Of a stretch of DNA of 64,000 nt, positions 29,127 to 42,708 are shown piece after piece. The DNA is taken from the NCBI GenBank assembly GCA_051294375.1, contig CM119268.1, positions 4,020,404 through 4,084,403 of the forward strand. Direction: 5' to 3'. The translations under genes were made by a program, and so were the position numbers. The stretch's first letter is position 1. Each line of letters opens with the position of its first letter. Source of the stretch: Paraspadella gotoi. Lineage: Eukaryota; Animalia; Chaetognatha. The notes beneath the pieces are model-generated. The model saw only the letters and a list, made by a program, of their open reading frames with translations. It searched no databases and was not told where the DNA came from.

Positions 29127-32100
29127 TTAGGCATTCATCATGAAATCTTTCCAATTTACAAATTTATGCATGTATTTTCCCTTTGTAAATAAATCCCATC
29201 CCAACAGCGTTTCGATAGGTGAAATGTTTGTCTGAATAGTATTAGAATTAATATGATTAATAGCATCGGTCAAATAGGTGATTTCCTCGGATAATTCTTT
29301 TCAATCTCCGTACAGCAAAGTTTTTACATAGTCAGATAATGGTATTTGGCCTGCGGCATCTAATGTGGCAGCAGTAGGAGTATGACTAGGTAAATTTTGA
29401 AAAATACGAATGCCGCTTAATTGTTTAAGCGATCAAATTTCATCCAGTGATATTACCAGCAGACAGCAAACAAGGAGATGAGTATAAAAATAGAGAAAAC
29501 ATAAGACTTTGAAATAGTGATGAACTAAACGATAATTATTCCCAGTTACAAACGCGAAAGTCTATTGATTGCAAGAATTTTACATTTTGCTTTTTTTAAA
29601 TAAATCATTAACGTGAAATGTCCAAGTAAGTTTTTTATCAATTATACACCCTAAAAACTTTACGTTGTCACACATTAGAACTTTTCTACCAAATAATGTT
29701 AAATTAACGCAAAAGTTAAAAAGATTAAAACTTCGTGTAATAACTATACAGTTAGATTTATCTGGACAAAGATCTAAAAACCACATTTCGCCACCATCTT
29801 TCAAGTTTATGAAGTGTCCGTTGGAGAGCCTTTTCTGCTATATGCGGATCTTTAGATGAAGCCCACAGCTTGAGTCGTCTGCATATTGTGCAGCCACTCT
29901 CAAAAACATCAGAGCACCACCTTGAAATGCAGGTTGATCGAGAGGTAAATTTGGATCTGGATCTTGATCTTGATTATGATCGGGATTAACGTGAGATTGA
30001 GATGATTGTGTAATGCTTAATGGCCTTGGGCAAGAAATGGGTAGGTCACCGACGTAAAGAGCAAATAATTCAGGACTGGAGAACCGCTCCTTGTGGAGAT
30101 CCACACAGAATCATAACTCTCCGTGATTTGCTCACCTCGACTGCACGACGCAGAAGCTTCTATTAGTTAGAAAGGAGTTAAGAAGACGAATCATATCTTT
30201 AGATATTCCAGACCTAATAGCTTGTAACGAAGTCCATCATGCCAGATGTTATCAAAGGCTTTGCTGTAATCGAGAGTGACAAGTATGGTTGCACCTCTGG
30301 CTTTTAAAGCATCTGTGGGAGTCTTCAATTAATCGGACAATGTTTTCAGGGGCAGATCGCCCTTTTCGATATCCTGATTGAAGAGAATTCTTGCACCTGC
30401 AGCTTTTAACATCGTAATTAGTCCCGAAGAATTAACCTTTCAAGAAGTTTTCCGAGACCAGACAAAAGCTAATGGGTCGATAATTTCTGGAGTTTGTAGC
30501 GTCTTTACCACTTTTAGGAATCATACGAATCAGGGCCAGTTTCCAAACCACATCGGGAAAAGTACCCAAAACGAAAACAACTTTCATATATATGTTGCAG
30601 AGTCAACAAGCTTTCTATCGGCAAATTACGAAGCATGAGATGGTTTACATAATCTACCCCAGCTGCAGATCTTATCTTAAGTGTTTTGATTATTTCAATT
30701 AGGTTTTCCATATCGAGAGCATCTTTAATAAAAATTCAAATTCAGGGTCATAATTTCTTTTGATTGTTGCTGGGTGACAGATGTGCATGATACTCGGCGA
30801 CAAATTTTTTTTTATTTTATTTGCCCAGTCTTCTTTTTCTGGTGGAACCGGTGAGGTGCCTAACATACCTTCTAATTTTTCTGCAAAAACTTCGAGGTTA
30901 GCAGCATTGTCCTCTGCCTACTGATCCATCGGCACGAAAGTAGCATTGCATCTGGTGGAGAACTTGGAGAATAATTGGTTATATTATTGATCATTTTCCA
31001 TTTTTTCGCAGCGTCTTTTTCAGAAAGTATCTTTTTTACTTCATATTTGTAGTGTTCCGCTAAACATCGTTTGTTTGCATATTTTAACTTTCGGCAGATG
31101 ATAATTATATTCCTTTTTGATGTTAGGTGGAGCTGAAAAACCATTTTTTCTGTAATTGCAAATTTTTCGAGACATTCTTCTTTTCCTTTTGACAAGGTTT
31201 TGTGTGATTATGTCTATTTTTATGCCATTTTTGGTGAAGGTGGGTTTTTGTACTATACTTTTGCTTATAAGAATTAATGATAAGGTTTGAAAAGTTTCAA
31301 TCTTTTTATCTAATTCATTGGTATTAGAAACCGATCGGTTTTATACAGTGAATTTCATTTTTAATGTTTCGCGAAATTTATTCCAATCTGTTATTTTAGA
31401 CTAGCTTGTGTGCTTTTATAATAATTTAAAGAGTAAAAAGTCGTAAGAATGGGCAAAATGCATCTGCATCCTACGTCATCTAAGGACCGTACTGGATTCA
31501 ATCTTTTCTGTGACAGACTGACCCTCGTTAAGACGATATCCAAAGACATTTGCTTCCACCATATACTTACTAATGTACTGTAGGAGAATCTCCATGTACC
31601 CGAAATAATTTGTATTTAAAGAGATATAAGATACAGGATCTTCACCTTGTTGTGTGTCGAAATCTTCACCTAGTAAAGTATGTGAAGAATTCAGATCTCC
31701 AGCCAAGATGGTTTAGGAGATATTCGGTTTATTTGATATTTCAGCATAGAATTTAAAAATATTTTCATCTAATTTACAAGCTGGGTGATTGTATGCGGTT
31801 CCAAAATCAATCTTTTCTCTTCCAATTTAGCTAAGATTTCAACGAATAAACTTTCTTCTTGCCTGTATCGGGATTTAAGTTGCAGGCTTATAGTTGTTTG
31901 GGACTGCCAATCATTACTCCGACCCAGCATTTGAATTTGATTCGTTTTAAAAATACCTTAAAATTATTTAAAACAAATATGTCTCCTTGTTTGTTCTCAC
32001 ATCATTGCCATATTAAAAAAAAGATGGTATAATTTTTTATAAAACTTACAAGATTTATGTAATGTCTAATAAGCCGTTTTGGCGTGACCATTTGTGTTTA

Positions 32101-32140
32101 TGTTTAAGATTGCAACAGGCAGACTTGAGGCTCCATTTCC
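29127..32140 (-). pseudogene. LINE ORF2 apurinic endonuclease-reverse transcriptase (frameshifted)
   Basis: APE motifs ILNINTNG and LAGDLNSSH. RT motifs SAAGVDYVNHLMLRNLP, TLDYSKAFDNIWHDGL, LFALYVGDLP, YADD (29874-29885) and KFLGCIIDKKLTW. Stop TAA at 29127-29129. Confidence 0.9.
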
Positions 32141-32144
32141 ATTA

Positions 32145-33682
32145 TTAGTAACTTTTGCTTGTTTATTCGGTTTTGGACGTAATGTCAGGCGTTGTTGGCC
32201 TTACTGATTGCAACAACCCCTGTCGTTCATTTGATTGTTCATGTAGAGATTGGAAAACCAGTTTGAGACGGCTCCCATCCTCATCCCCAGTCACCCATTA
32301 TCTGTTGTGTTGTTTAAAGGGGTTTGGCAAGGATTTGTTTTCTGCAGGTTCAGCGTGAGAAATATGTTGTCTCTCTCTTGGAGGTTCTATCGGCTGTTTC
32401 TGTTGGTTTTGGCAAGGTGTATTTGACGACAAATTTTTCCACTGCAGCGTTTACGAATTAGATACAGCTGGATAATTCTGAATCTGTAGCTTTAGTAATA
32501 CCAAATTTTTCAACACAAACAGCTATTCCCTTGAACGATGCTCTTAATTTGAGCTCTGTTGGGAAAGAGTGGCAGGCTGTAAAGAGTTTTTCGTGAGAGT
32601 GGCATAGGTAACACCTTGTTGTAGAGAATGGCTATTCTTTTGACGACAAGCTTCTTGATATGTGGACATGACTTAGAATTGGCTGCTTGTTTTCCGTCAC
32701 AGTTTTGCACACTTTACGTCTTCAAATGGTTTTTTGACAGTTTTTGTGAGAATGATTTTCAGCACATCTGAGACAGACTGGCTCTTGAATGGAACACGAG
32801 CGAGAGCCATGACCAAAAGATTGACAGTTAAAACACTGTAATACACGATCAGTTAAGTAATCAATGACATTGTGGACTTTCATGAAAATGTTGATACCTT
32901 TTTCAAGAAGTGTCTCTTTTTCTCTTAGTGAATGTAGAGTGACTTTCACATTCCAGGATGGTTTTCCTGACCGTCCTGTTATTAATGTTTTATCATGCTT
33001 GGCGTGAAACCTTTACTTGAGATAGCCGTTTTTATTTCGTCGTCATTGTATTCAGGATCAACCCCTCGGATTAAGACGAAGTGGTGAGACAGTGTTTGGA
33101 GTATTGATTCTGGAGTGAATGTATATGTGTCATGAATCCAGTTTTCTGGTTTTAGCAAGAATTGTAGCCTCTATCAGTTCCCGCTGTTATTATGAGATCA
33201 CCTGCTTTTGTAATTTAACTTCTTCAATCTCTTCAGAGCCTTGAAAAGCGTCGTGAATTACTGAGAGAAGTTTTTGGCCGTGAATTTCTAATTTCAGTTG
33301 GGAGATCGGATGAGATTAAAACAGTTCTTCGTGACTTAATTTGGCTTTGAGTTACCATTTGCTGGTTTATCGTTGGAGCCAATTTGTGAATCGTTGCAAT
33401 TTGACGAATTTTTAACGACATAGAGCCTTTTTGTTTTGGTCTTGCTCCAACTTGTCCAATTACCATATCGTAATTTGAATGTAATAACATTTTACAAACG
33501 CTTCTTTACTATTTCCTTGTAACCCCGGAAATCACTTATCAGTTTTTTCTTCGGCGTGGAAGTATGTAAAATTTCAGGTTCTTGACCTTCTTCACTATTT
33601 CGTCACATTCAGTGTTTTCTTTTCCAGTTTTAGTATTTTTCCAGCGGAGTTGATTGACTTGATTCTTTCCTTTGTTGGCCAT
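32145..33682 (-). pseudogene. LINE ORF1 gag-like nucleic-acid-binding protein (frameshifted)
   Basis: HFVLIRGVDPEYNDDEIK motif and three knuckles: CFNCQSFGHGSRSC (CX2CX4HX4C), CLRCAENHSHKNC (CX2CX3HX4C) and a degenerate xNCDGKQAANSKSC. Probable ATG at 33682; the end is approximate. Confidence 0.85.
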
Positions 33683-34109
33683 TTCCGATCCTTTTTCTCT
33701 GAGAAGTTAAGGTCAGTTGATTTTCGGTGTTGATCAATTAGACTAGATTTTTATATACGAGTGTAAGTTTGTATTAATTGAAGATTAGATTAGATGTATA
33801 GCTTTATCAGCTGGGCCTCAGCCCCCATTTACGAAAAGACAGATTATTTTAAAGATGTTGAGAAATATTGATTTCTTATTTTCGAAGGGAAAAGTTGAGA
33901 AAAAAAATCAGAAAATTACGGAGCATACGTCCGATCGGTTCGGTGGTCACAGAGAGAGAGAGAGAGAGAGAGAGAAGAGAGAGATCCGCTGAAACGAATG
34001 TGGTTCTCTCGGGGTTGTTTTCCTTTCGCTTAATCGACGAAGACCTCGTCGGGTGAAGGATGGGATGGCAGAGTGGCAAAGATAGCAGTAGTGGCAATAG
34101 TGGCAATAG

Positions 34110-34400
34110 TATTAGAATGGGAATAGGATTAGGATGGTCATGGGATTAGCATGGCAAAGCTTTATCGTGGAAGTAGTATTTCGATGGCAATAGGATTAGG
34201 ATGGCAATAGGATAACAATGCGATCTGGTGGCAATAGGATTAAGATGGCAATAGGATAACGATGCAATCTGATGGCAATAGGATTAAGATGGATTAGCAA
34301 TAGGATTAAGTTAGCTATACGATTTGGTGGCGGGCGAAGTAGAATAGTAATGGAAAGGGTAAGCGTGTAATAGGATGGAATAGGATGGGATGGCAACGTA
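34110..34400. repeat. Degenerate short-unit tandem repeat (gatggcaataggatta-like)
   Basis: Recurrent GGCAATAGGAT(T/A)A motif. Confidence 0.7.
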
Positions 34401-34723
34401 TTCAAGGGAAAAGGATTTAAGTCTCAATACCCCCCCCCCAAAAAAAAAAGCATGGCGATAAGACGGGGGAGCAAGGATTGTCTGGTCGTGGTATATAAAT
34501 GGGATAAGGATTACAATGGGATTAGCAATGGAAGAAAAGTTTAAATGTCAGTTTTTTACTCGGAGATGCTATCAATTTTATTGGCGACGACAACGACAAC
34601 GACGACGACAACGACAACGACGACGGCGTTGCTGCCCGTGGCGATGACGTGAAGATGACGCGACGATGAGATGTCATCGGAAACATTCGCCACTTGAGGG
34701 GCCGCAACCTGCTGCTGTGGCAA

Positions 34724-34769
<46 letters not shown>

Positions 34770-34936
34770 GCTCGAGGGATACGAAATTGATTTCCGGTGA
34801 GATTTTTTTCTAGTCGCTAAGAAACGCAAAACGATTCTTTTTCCTAAAAAACGATTTCTCAACCTCTTTCTCTTTCTCTATTGCTATCTCTCTTCCTCTC
34901 TTTCTCTCGCTCTCTCGCTCTCTCTCTCTCTCCCTA

Positions 34937-34967
<31 letters not shown>

Positions 34968-35411
34968 CTCTCTCTCTCTCTCTCGCTCTCTCTTCCTCTC
35001 TTATGACTTTTCATTGACGAAAGTCAAAGGCAATATTTACAAGACTAGAGGATCAAAGACACGGGCAAAGTTTTTCGACAGACGGAGGCTCATTCGATCA
35101 TTGGCCGATGACATCGGTGATCGACCAATGAGAGAGTCTTGTTTTTCTTCCAATTCCAGTTGCATTCATCGATTCAAACTTATTACAAGAACTCTGTCAA
35201 TTGCCAGGAGCCAGGTGCTCTCGGAGCTAACAAACTATACTTTGAGAAAGTCCTGAAGGAAAGCTTGGAGACATAACGCTAGTAATATGTTTTTTACTTT
35301 ATCACTCAATTGGTATTGCCATAACGCTTTTTTCTCTTTTACTATGGAAAAAAAAAATGAAACTTTTTATCACATCATCGCAAGAAGGCTATGATATTCT
35401 TCTCTCCCTTC

Positions 35412-35517
35412 TTTTTACAATTCTCTCCTTCCTTTTTCTTTTCTTTTTACAATTCTCTCCTTCCTTTTTCTTTTCTTTTTACAATTCTCTCCTTCCTTTT
35501 TCTTTTCTTTTTACAAT
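35412..35517. repeat. 32-bp tandem repeat, 3+ copies
   Basis: ACAA anchors at 35417, 35449, 35481 and 35513. Confidence 0.9.
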
Positions 35518-36801
35518 CCCCAACCTTTCTTTCCTCTCTTCCCCATCTATACCCCTCCTTATTTTCTCCTCATCTCCCCCACTCCCCACCACCCCTTCAA
35601 CTCCCCCCCAACCATAATTCATCTTTTGTGCGGCGAGTATTTTCCCATCTGCGTCGTTTCGCGTCTCCCATGAAAATTCGATTCATTTTGCGACGTTAAT
35701 TGGAAAATCCGCGAAAAATGATGCGAATGAAGGAAGGAATAAGAAAAGAGGCGAGGAGCCGGGGGAGGTGTTGGAGTCGTTGTCGTCGTTGCCGTTGTCG
35801 TCGTCGTTGTCGTCGTTGTTGCCGTCGTCGTTGTAGCGTTGTCTTCGTCATTGTAGTCGTTTTTGTTATTAAAGTCGTCGTCGCTGTCGTTTTTTACGTT
35901 GTCGTCGTCGTCGTTGTTGTATTCACCGTCGTCTTGGTAGTTGTCGTTGTACGAAATTATCATCTTTGTTGAAATTTTCGTCGTCGACGTCGTCTTCGTC
36001 GTCGTCTTCGTCGTCGTCGTTTCCGTTGCTGTTCATCCTACGAGGTTTCAAATTGAACTTATTAAATCGACGTTGGATAAGCTCAGATCTCTATCCCTCT
36101 ATCTATAATTAATTGCACAGCAAGACCCTAAAAGTTCTAAACAGAATAATCGCGTTTGTTCTTTAACTTTATCATTATTTTCGTTAATGTCGTCTCTAAA
36201 ATATAACTCGTTCAATGTTAAGTGTTCAATGTTCATGTATTGTCTAGTAAAAATTCTCTATCCACATTTTTCCATTTTTCTCCTTTTCTTTCTCTTTCCT
36301 TTCCTTTTTCCTCCATTTCCTCCTTTCTTCCCCCCCCAATTTCCAGACAATATTGACCTTTTTTTTCCCAGTCACGAATTTTAGCCTTGTTTTTTGAGAG
36401 CGCCCCACTTCTTTTTAAATTCAGAATTAAGTTAGTTTTTAGGTTTAAAGATTAAAGGTTAGGATTAGGGTTAGGGATTATGCTGATGATTAGGGTTAGA
36501 GATTAAGTTCAGGGTGAGGTTAGGTCTAACGATTATAGATTAGTATTTCCAGTTAAGGTTAAAGTTAACGTAATGGTCAGAGATTGAGGTTAGGGATTAG
36601 AATGAGGGATCAGGTTATGGGTTTGCTCACCTATTAGGGTAATAATTTAAAGTTAAAATAAGCTCCGGGTTTATGGAATAGAAATGGGCCGCTTTTGGAA
36701 AAGAGAGCCTGGATTTTTACTCATATTTTTTTTTGCCCCTCGAATCCCGCGGATCACGTACGGAGTGAGAAACTTTTAAGACAATGCATGCCTTCTGATA
36801 A

Positions 36802-36887
<86 letters not shown>

Positions 36888-36986
36888 GTCACCAGTTAAA
36901 GGGGTTTATGCTGCCCTCTTGTGGCCTCAACCGAACCTAAATGAGAAACTTTTGACGTCGTCATTTTTTTTTTTTGGTATTCGTAG

Positions 36987-37042
<56 letters not shown>

Positions 37043-37565
37043 AGAGAAAAGGGAGAAAGTGGAAGGAATCTATCAAAGCAGGAAAAAAATGTCGTGGAGG
37101 AAGAAAAGATGGAGAGAGAAGAGTAAGGAAGTAAAAAGGAAGGAAAAGGAAAAAAGGAAATGAAAGAGCGAAGGAAGAGGGGAAAGGAAAGGTGAAAGAG
37201 GAAAGAAAGAGAAGGGAGGAAAAGGAAAAAAGGAAATGAAAGAGCGAAGGAAGAGGGGAAAAGAAAGATGAAAGAGGAAAGAAAGAGAAGGGAGGAAAAG
37301 GGAAAGAGGAAAACATAAGAGCGAAGAAAGAGAGGAAAAGAAAAAAAAGAAAATGGAGGAAAAGAAAAAGAAGAGAGAAAAGGAAGAGAGGAAAGGAAAG
37401 GTGAGAGAGGAGAGATCGGTTTATGAATAGAAGTTGAATGAATTATTAAGTTGCATGTGAAGGAGAAAGTTAAAAAGAAGTTGGGGAATGACGAGTAATG
37501 GAAAAAAGAACCGGGGAGGAATAGAGAGGGAGAGGGAAAGAATTGAGAGAGAGAGAGAGAGAGAC

Positions 37566-37598
<33 letters not shown>

Positions 37599-37708
37599 AG
37601 AGAGAGGGAGGATTGAGTGATGGTGTAAAAGGAAAGACTGAAAGATGAAAAGGGAACTCGTTTCACGAAAAGACTTGAGTCAGGAAATATGGCAATTGTT
37701 GCGTGGGG

Positions 37709-37751
<43 letters not shown>

Positions 37752-37883
37752 GAAAAGTGGAAAGGGAAGTGAAGGAAAAAAAGAAAGGTAAAGGATTCAA
37801 GACGATAGAAAAATGGAAATAGAAAAAATTTAGCAAAAATCTGGGGTGAAGTTAATACAGACGTTCAAGTCAATTTGAAAGAG

Positions 37884-38737
37884 AACAAGTTTGAGCAAAC
37901 AACGCCGGTTCAGCACGTAGGCATTTCGCGGTAAGCATCGAATCAGATGATAAGTTAAGATTAATCTCATAATTTATTCTTTTTACTTAATACAATTCTC
38001 CTACAATATTTATAATTTATAGTTTTTGATGTGGTAGTTGTTTTAATTCCGGTAATAATGCATGTTATGGTCGTTATAGTTTTTATGGTGGTTGTGGTGG
38101 TTGTGGTAGTTGTGGTGGTTGTTGGGGTTAAGTGATTTTAATGTTTGAAGTTGTTGTTGTTGTTGCAACATGTATTTACACGCTTTTTCATCCATACACA
38201 AAAATTAAAGCCAATCGCCTCATCCGAACATGAGTAATTGGGACGGACCGACGGATGGACGGACGGACATCGATTTTTTGGAATAATTTATCATAATTCG
38301 GTATTCTGACATGATCCAAGTATGACCGACGGACCGACAAAGTGGGTTAAAGAGCCGGAATCTGCTGTGAGCAGATTCGGATAAAAGTTTGAGCAAACAA
38401 TGTCTAATCAATTAGTGAAACAACAAAGTTGTCGCTATACTCTAGCTACTGATAGTATCTAACGAATTCTCTTTGGCCTAATGAAACAAGGGTTTGTAAT
38501 ATTTATTGTAATATTGATTAAGTGTAAAACGATAATAAAGTAATACAAGAGTAATACAGAGCCACGGCCAAGACTAACTTCTTTGCGGTCGAATCGCCCG
38601 GGTACGATTGTTTACATTTCTTGTATTTGTTTTTACTTTCACAGGTGGGAAACAGAAATACGGAACCTACGTTTGATTTACTTGCTCCTCGGTATTCTGA
38701 CAAAGTGAATTATAGAGTCGGAATCTGCTGATAAGCA
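37884..38737 (-). mobile_element. Cluster of diverged HINE family 1 fragments
   Basis: 3'-end motif AGTTTGAGCAAACAA at ~37888 and ~38387; (GGAC)n tract at 38241-38268; 5' hairpin GGAATCTGCTG..AGCAGATTC at 38356-38378 and a partial one at 38720-38736. Confidence 0.7.
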
Positions 38738-39791
38738 TGTCCCGCGGGCGGGATCACAGGGCAGCGCCTCTGTAGAGCAGGGCCGCTTCAGAAGGACCGC
38801 CGTCGCCGTGCCGTCGCAGGGCAGCCCCGCAGCAGTGCAGCGCCGGCGCGGGTTCTAAAGGCGTCGTCCAGCTTTGGGGATTACTGTCCTAGATTGGCTC
38901 TTTTTTCCCCTCTTTCTGATTTTGTTTCAGATTCATGGATTTTCTCACAGAAATTTTAGCATTTTTTTTTCTCCCCCGCCGATAAAAATCTTACAGAAAC
39001 ACCCGAAAAAAAAAGAGATTTTTCTGGTTCAAAGAAAAAAATATATAAAAAGCGAAGATTTATGCCGGCTAATATGATATTAGTGTTTCGAAGGATAAAT
39101 TTTGGAGAGGGGGAGGAAGCCGGGGTTAAGGGGGGGGGTGGCAGGGAGGTGAAGGGAGCAAGAAAGTCTCTGGTGTCGTTTAAATAAATTATAAACGTTT
39201 ATATTCGAAATTAAAATTTGACGTTTCTATTTTCTTCTCATTTGATCTCTCTTTTTTTAGTTTCGCTCTTTTTATTTTTTTTCCCTTTTTTCCTTTATTT
39301 ATTTTCCCTTTTCCTTTATCTTTTTTCTTTTCCTTTTCTCTCTCTTTTCCTTTATTTCTTTTCCTTTTTCCTTTATTCTCTTTCTTTTCTCTTTCTCTTT
39401 CTTCTCTTTTATTTCTTTTCCTTTCATCGATTTCTTTTCTCGTGACTCCAATATTTTCTCACCGTCTTAAGTCGGACATTCACGTTCTCTAATCACCGCG
39501 ACTCTCACGACATCAATCACTCACCCTCTCAATCACCGTCGTCTGTGATCCTAATCACAGAGGCCGTCTCACCATCGATTCCCGATTTCACATCAAACTT
39601 CATACGAACAAACTAATCAAGAAAACAACTAATTCCTCCTATTTCGTTATATAAATTAAATTTTAGTTTTACTTATTCACTCTACTAACACTGACTCTCT
39701 TTCTCTCTCTCTCTTTTTTTTCTTCTCAATTTTAAATCCTTTTCTCTCCGATTTACAAACGATATTCGTCTACTGAACAAAGAAGAAGGAT

Positions 39792-39842
<51 letters not shown>

Positions 39843-40581
39843 ATTGATTGATTCATTTATTAAGCTCAAAATATGAAAGTTTAACACAATAACAATACAA
39901 TTATTAATGAGCAGTACATATATAAAGAAATGTAAAATAAAATTGCAATGTGAACTATATACATCGTTTATAATTTCAGTGTTTACACATAGATCCTGTT
40001 TTTTTTTTAACCTTCCACTCTCTCTATATATAGAGAAAGAGAGAGAAGAGATGGCATCACATTGACACCATTGACATTAACCTTCTCACTCTTTTTTATT
40101 TGAGATTACTTAATCCATTAATAATCTAAATTATGCCAAAACTCTATTACGTTATCGCATCTAAATTCCTTGTCCCCACGTGAGGCTCGCTCCAACAGTG
40201 TTTAGCGGTCATCCGTTTCACCTTTCCCTCCATGCCGAATGTCTGCCTTGCCATGCATGCCATGCCATGCCATGTCGCTCGGACGCGATTTTCGTCGGGC
40301 CGAAAGGTCACGCCGCTAAATCTTCCCTCGTCCGACTCTGGCTCATTGATGAGATCTTGAGGAGAGAGATGCCTGCCGAATGTTCAGCAACTGCGGACAG
40401 AAAGTGACCTCGGGTGTCACGATAGGGCTTTGTGTGTTTGTTGGAATCGATCTGTCAGAGAGCTTGCCTGTCTCTCCACGTATGCTGCTGCACAGGGTTG
40501 GTTGCCCGTCCTGCACAGGCCGTCCAGTAGACTCTCTCTCTCTCACACCTTCTTTTTGCACAAATATTTTCCTTATGGCAA

Positions 40582-40622
40582 ACGCTGATGAAGGCTCGAA
40601 ATGTGAGCCGAAACATGTCCGT
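40582..40622 (+). ncRNA. Minimal type I hammerhead ribozyme (Penelope type), in the inverted duplicate of the PLE end
   Basis: ACG-CUGAUGA-A-GGCUC(gaaaugu)GAGCC-GAAAC-AU-GUC-CGU. It lies in a segment that is probably an assembly duplicate of 41484-42530. Confidence 0.7.
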
Positions 40623-41382
40623 ATCTCTAATTAAATTCGTTGACCACAATTAATGTTTTTTCTCTAAATATTTAAATGTAAATACAAGTTGTATTAATTA
40701 ATCAAATAATTAATCAGTTAATTAATCAATTAGTCAATTAATTAATCAATAATTAATTAATCAGTCAATCAATAAAACAAATATTTTGGATCAAATTAAC
40801 TAATTAATTGCCCAATTATTAAATATTTAACTTGAATAAATTAATTATTAATTGATTAAATAATTAATTAACTTGAATTAATTATTAATTAATTATTAAT
40901 TAATTAACTTGAATTAATTAATTACCGATAATGATCGTGGGCAGATCCGACATTGTTTGCTCAAACTTCACCTTCCTTCACATTGTTGCCGGTTCAATCT
41001 TTATTTTGTTTTGTTTTTTTGTTTTGTACATGACAGATATATCTATTTTTTTCTATTTTTTTTTTCTAGTATTAGCAATTTTGATAATGACTCGAGTTTG
41101 AGGAGATTTTCTTTAGTTCACTTCACAACGTTACGCAATCAATGCCGTCGTTGTCGTGTGTCGTCATTGTCGTGCGTCGGTCATCGTCGTCGTCATCTAA
41201 GCGTTCGTCGTTTTTCTCTCATAACAATGAAAAAAAACAATAGGAAATACGAGTCGACCGTAGAGATTTAGCGCCCGACGTCGCCGCCGCCGCGCCGCTA
41301 CCGACGACAATGGCGACGAACGATGGCGACGAAGCCGGCACACGGTCACTACGCCCCGTTAATGCTGATGCTGCGAGATATT

Positions 41383-41447
<65 letters not shown>

Positions 41448-42278
41448 GTCAAGAATCTNNNNNNNNNNNNNNNNNNNNNNNNNCAGCATCAGCATTAACG
41501 GCGTAGTGACCGTGTGCCGGCTTCGTCGCCATCGTCGTCGCCATTGTCGTCGGTAGCGGCGCGGCGGCGGCGACGTCGGGCGCTAAATCTCTACGGTCGA
41601 CTCGTATTTCCTATTGTTTTTTTTTCATTGTTATGAGAGAAAAACGACGAACGCTTAAGACGACGACGATGACGACGACGACAATGACGCCGACGACAAT
41701 GACGCCGACGACAATGCTTAAGACAACGACGATGACGACGACGACAACGACGGCATTGATTGCGTAACGTTGTTGAAGTGAACTAAAGAAATCTCCTCAA
41801 ACTCGAGTCATTATCAAAATTGCTAATACTAGAAAAAAAAAATAGAAAAAAATAGATATATCGTCATGTACAAAAAAAAAACAAAACAAAAAAAGATTGA
41901 ACCGGCAACAATGTGAAGGAAGGTAAGTATTGAGCAAACAATGTCGGATCTGCCCACGATCATTATCGGTAATTAATTAATTCAAGTTAATTAATTAATA
42001 ATTAATTAATAATTAATTCAAGTTAATTAATTATTTAATCAATTAATAATTAATTTATTCAAGTTAAATATTTAATTAATTGGGCAATTAATTAGTTAAT
42101 TTGATCCAAAATATTTGTTTTATTGATTGACTGATTAATTAATTATTGATTAATTAATTGACTAATTGATTAATTAACTGATTAATTATTTGATTAATTA
42201 ATACAACTTGTATTTACATTTAAAATATTTAGAGAAAAACAAAGTTTTAATTGTGGTACAACGAATTTAATTAGAGAT

Positions 42279-42319
42279 ACGGACATGTTTCGGCTCACAT
42301 TTCGAGCCTTCATCAGCGT
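42279..42319 (-). ncRNA. Minimal type I hammerhead ribozyme in the inverted pLTR
   Basis: Reverse complement of 43598-43638. Confidence 0.85.
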
Positions 42320-42369
42320 TTGCCATAAGGAAAATATTTGTGCAAAAAGAAGGGTGTGAGAGAGAGAGA

Positions 42370-42708
42370 GTCTACTGGACGGCCTGTGCAGGGACGGGCA
42401 ACCAACCCTGTGCAGCAGCATACGTGGAGAGACAGGCAAGTCTCTGACAGATCGATTCCAACAACACACAAAGCCCTATCGTGACACCCGAGGTCACTTT
42501 CTGTCCGCAGTTGCTGAACATTCGGCAGGCACAGGCCATCTGTTCAGGGAATCAGACCTGTCTCGTGCTGTCCCATGCACCCAAACTGTTCTCAAGAGAG
42601 TATTAGAGAGGCAATTTACATCAAAGCCCTCGAACCCTCTGTTGAACAGTGATGGAGGACGATTCGATCTCCCTCCAAGCTATGATTCGCTTCATCAAAA
42701 GCATGTGG
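42370..42708 (+). pseudogene. Penelope GIY-YIG endonuclease domain remnant (frameshifted)
   Basis: Joining frames gives VYWTAC..PCAAAYVGETGKSLTDRFQQH..SAVAEHSAGTGHLF..REAIYIKALEPSLNSDGGRFDLPPSYDSL. This matches the PLE endonuclease pattern VY-x-x-x-C..C..Y(V/I)GET..R..H..H..H..E..N. It is not in the ORF track. Confidence 0.88.

Larger units (their letters stand above)
29032..33842 (-). mobile_element. Non-LTR retrotransposon (LINE, Jockey/I-like), near full length, frameshifted
   Basis: Zinc-knuckle ORF1 is followed by an APE-RT ORF2. The 3' end on the minus strand is AATAAA followed by a TTCAAAA-TTCAAAAAAA tail at ~29032-29054. The 5' boundary is approximate and no TSD was found. Confidence 0.92.

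Noticed and set aside
38738-38872. Short GC-rich islands (also 3130-3225, 7160-7310, 11050-11240, 40180-40372) as possible structured RNAs or CpG promoters
   Set aside because: They sit at junctions of truncated or duplicated segments and show no recognisable motif, consistent with low-quality read ends
40373-42530. ~1.08-kb near-perfect inverted repeat, suggesting a giant palindrome or foldback element
   Set aside because: It is centred on a 25-N gap, the left arm is indel-rich and ends in junk-like sequence. It is most likely an assembly or read artefact, although spanning reads are needed to be sure.
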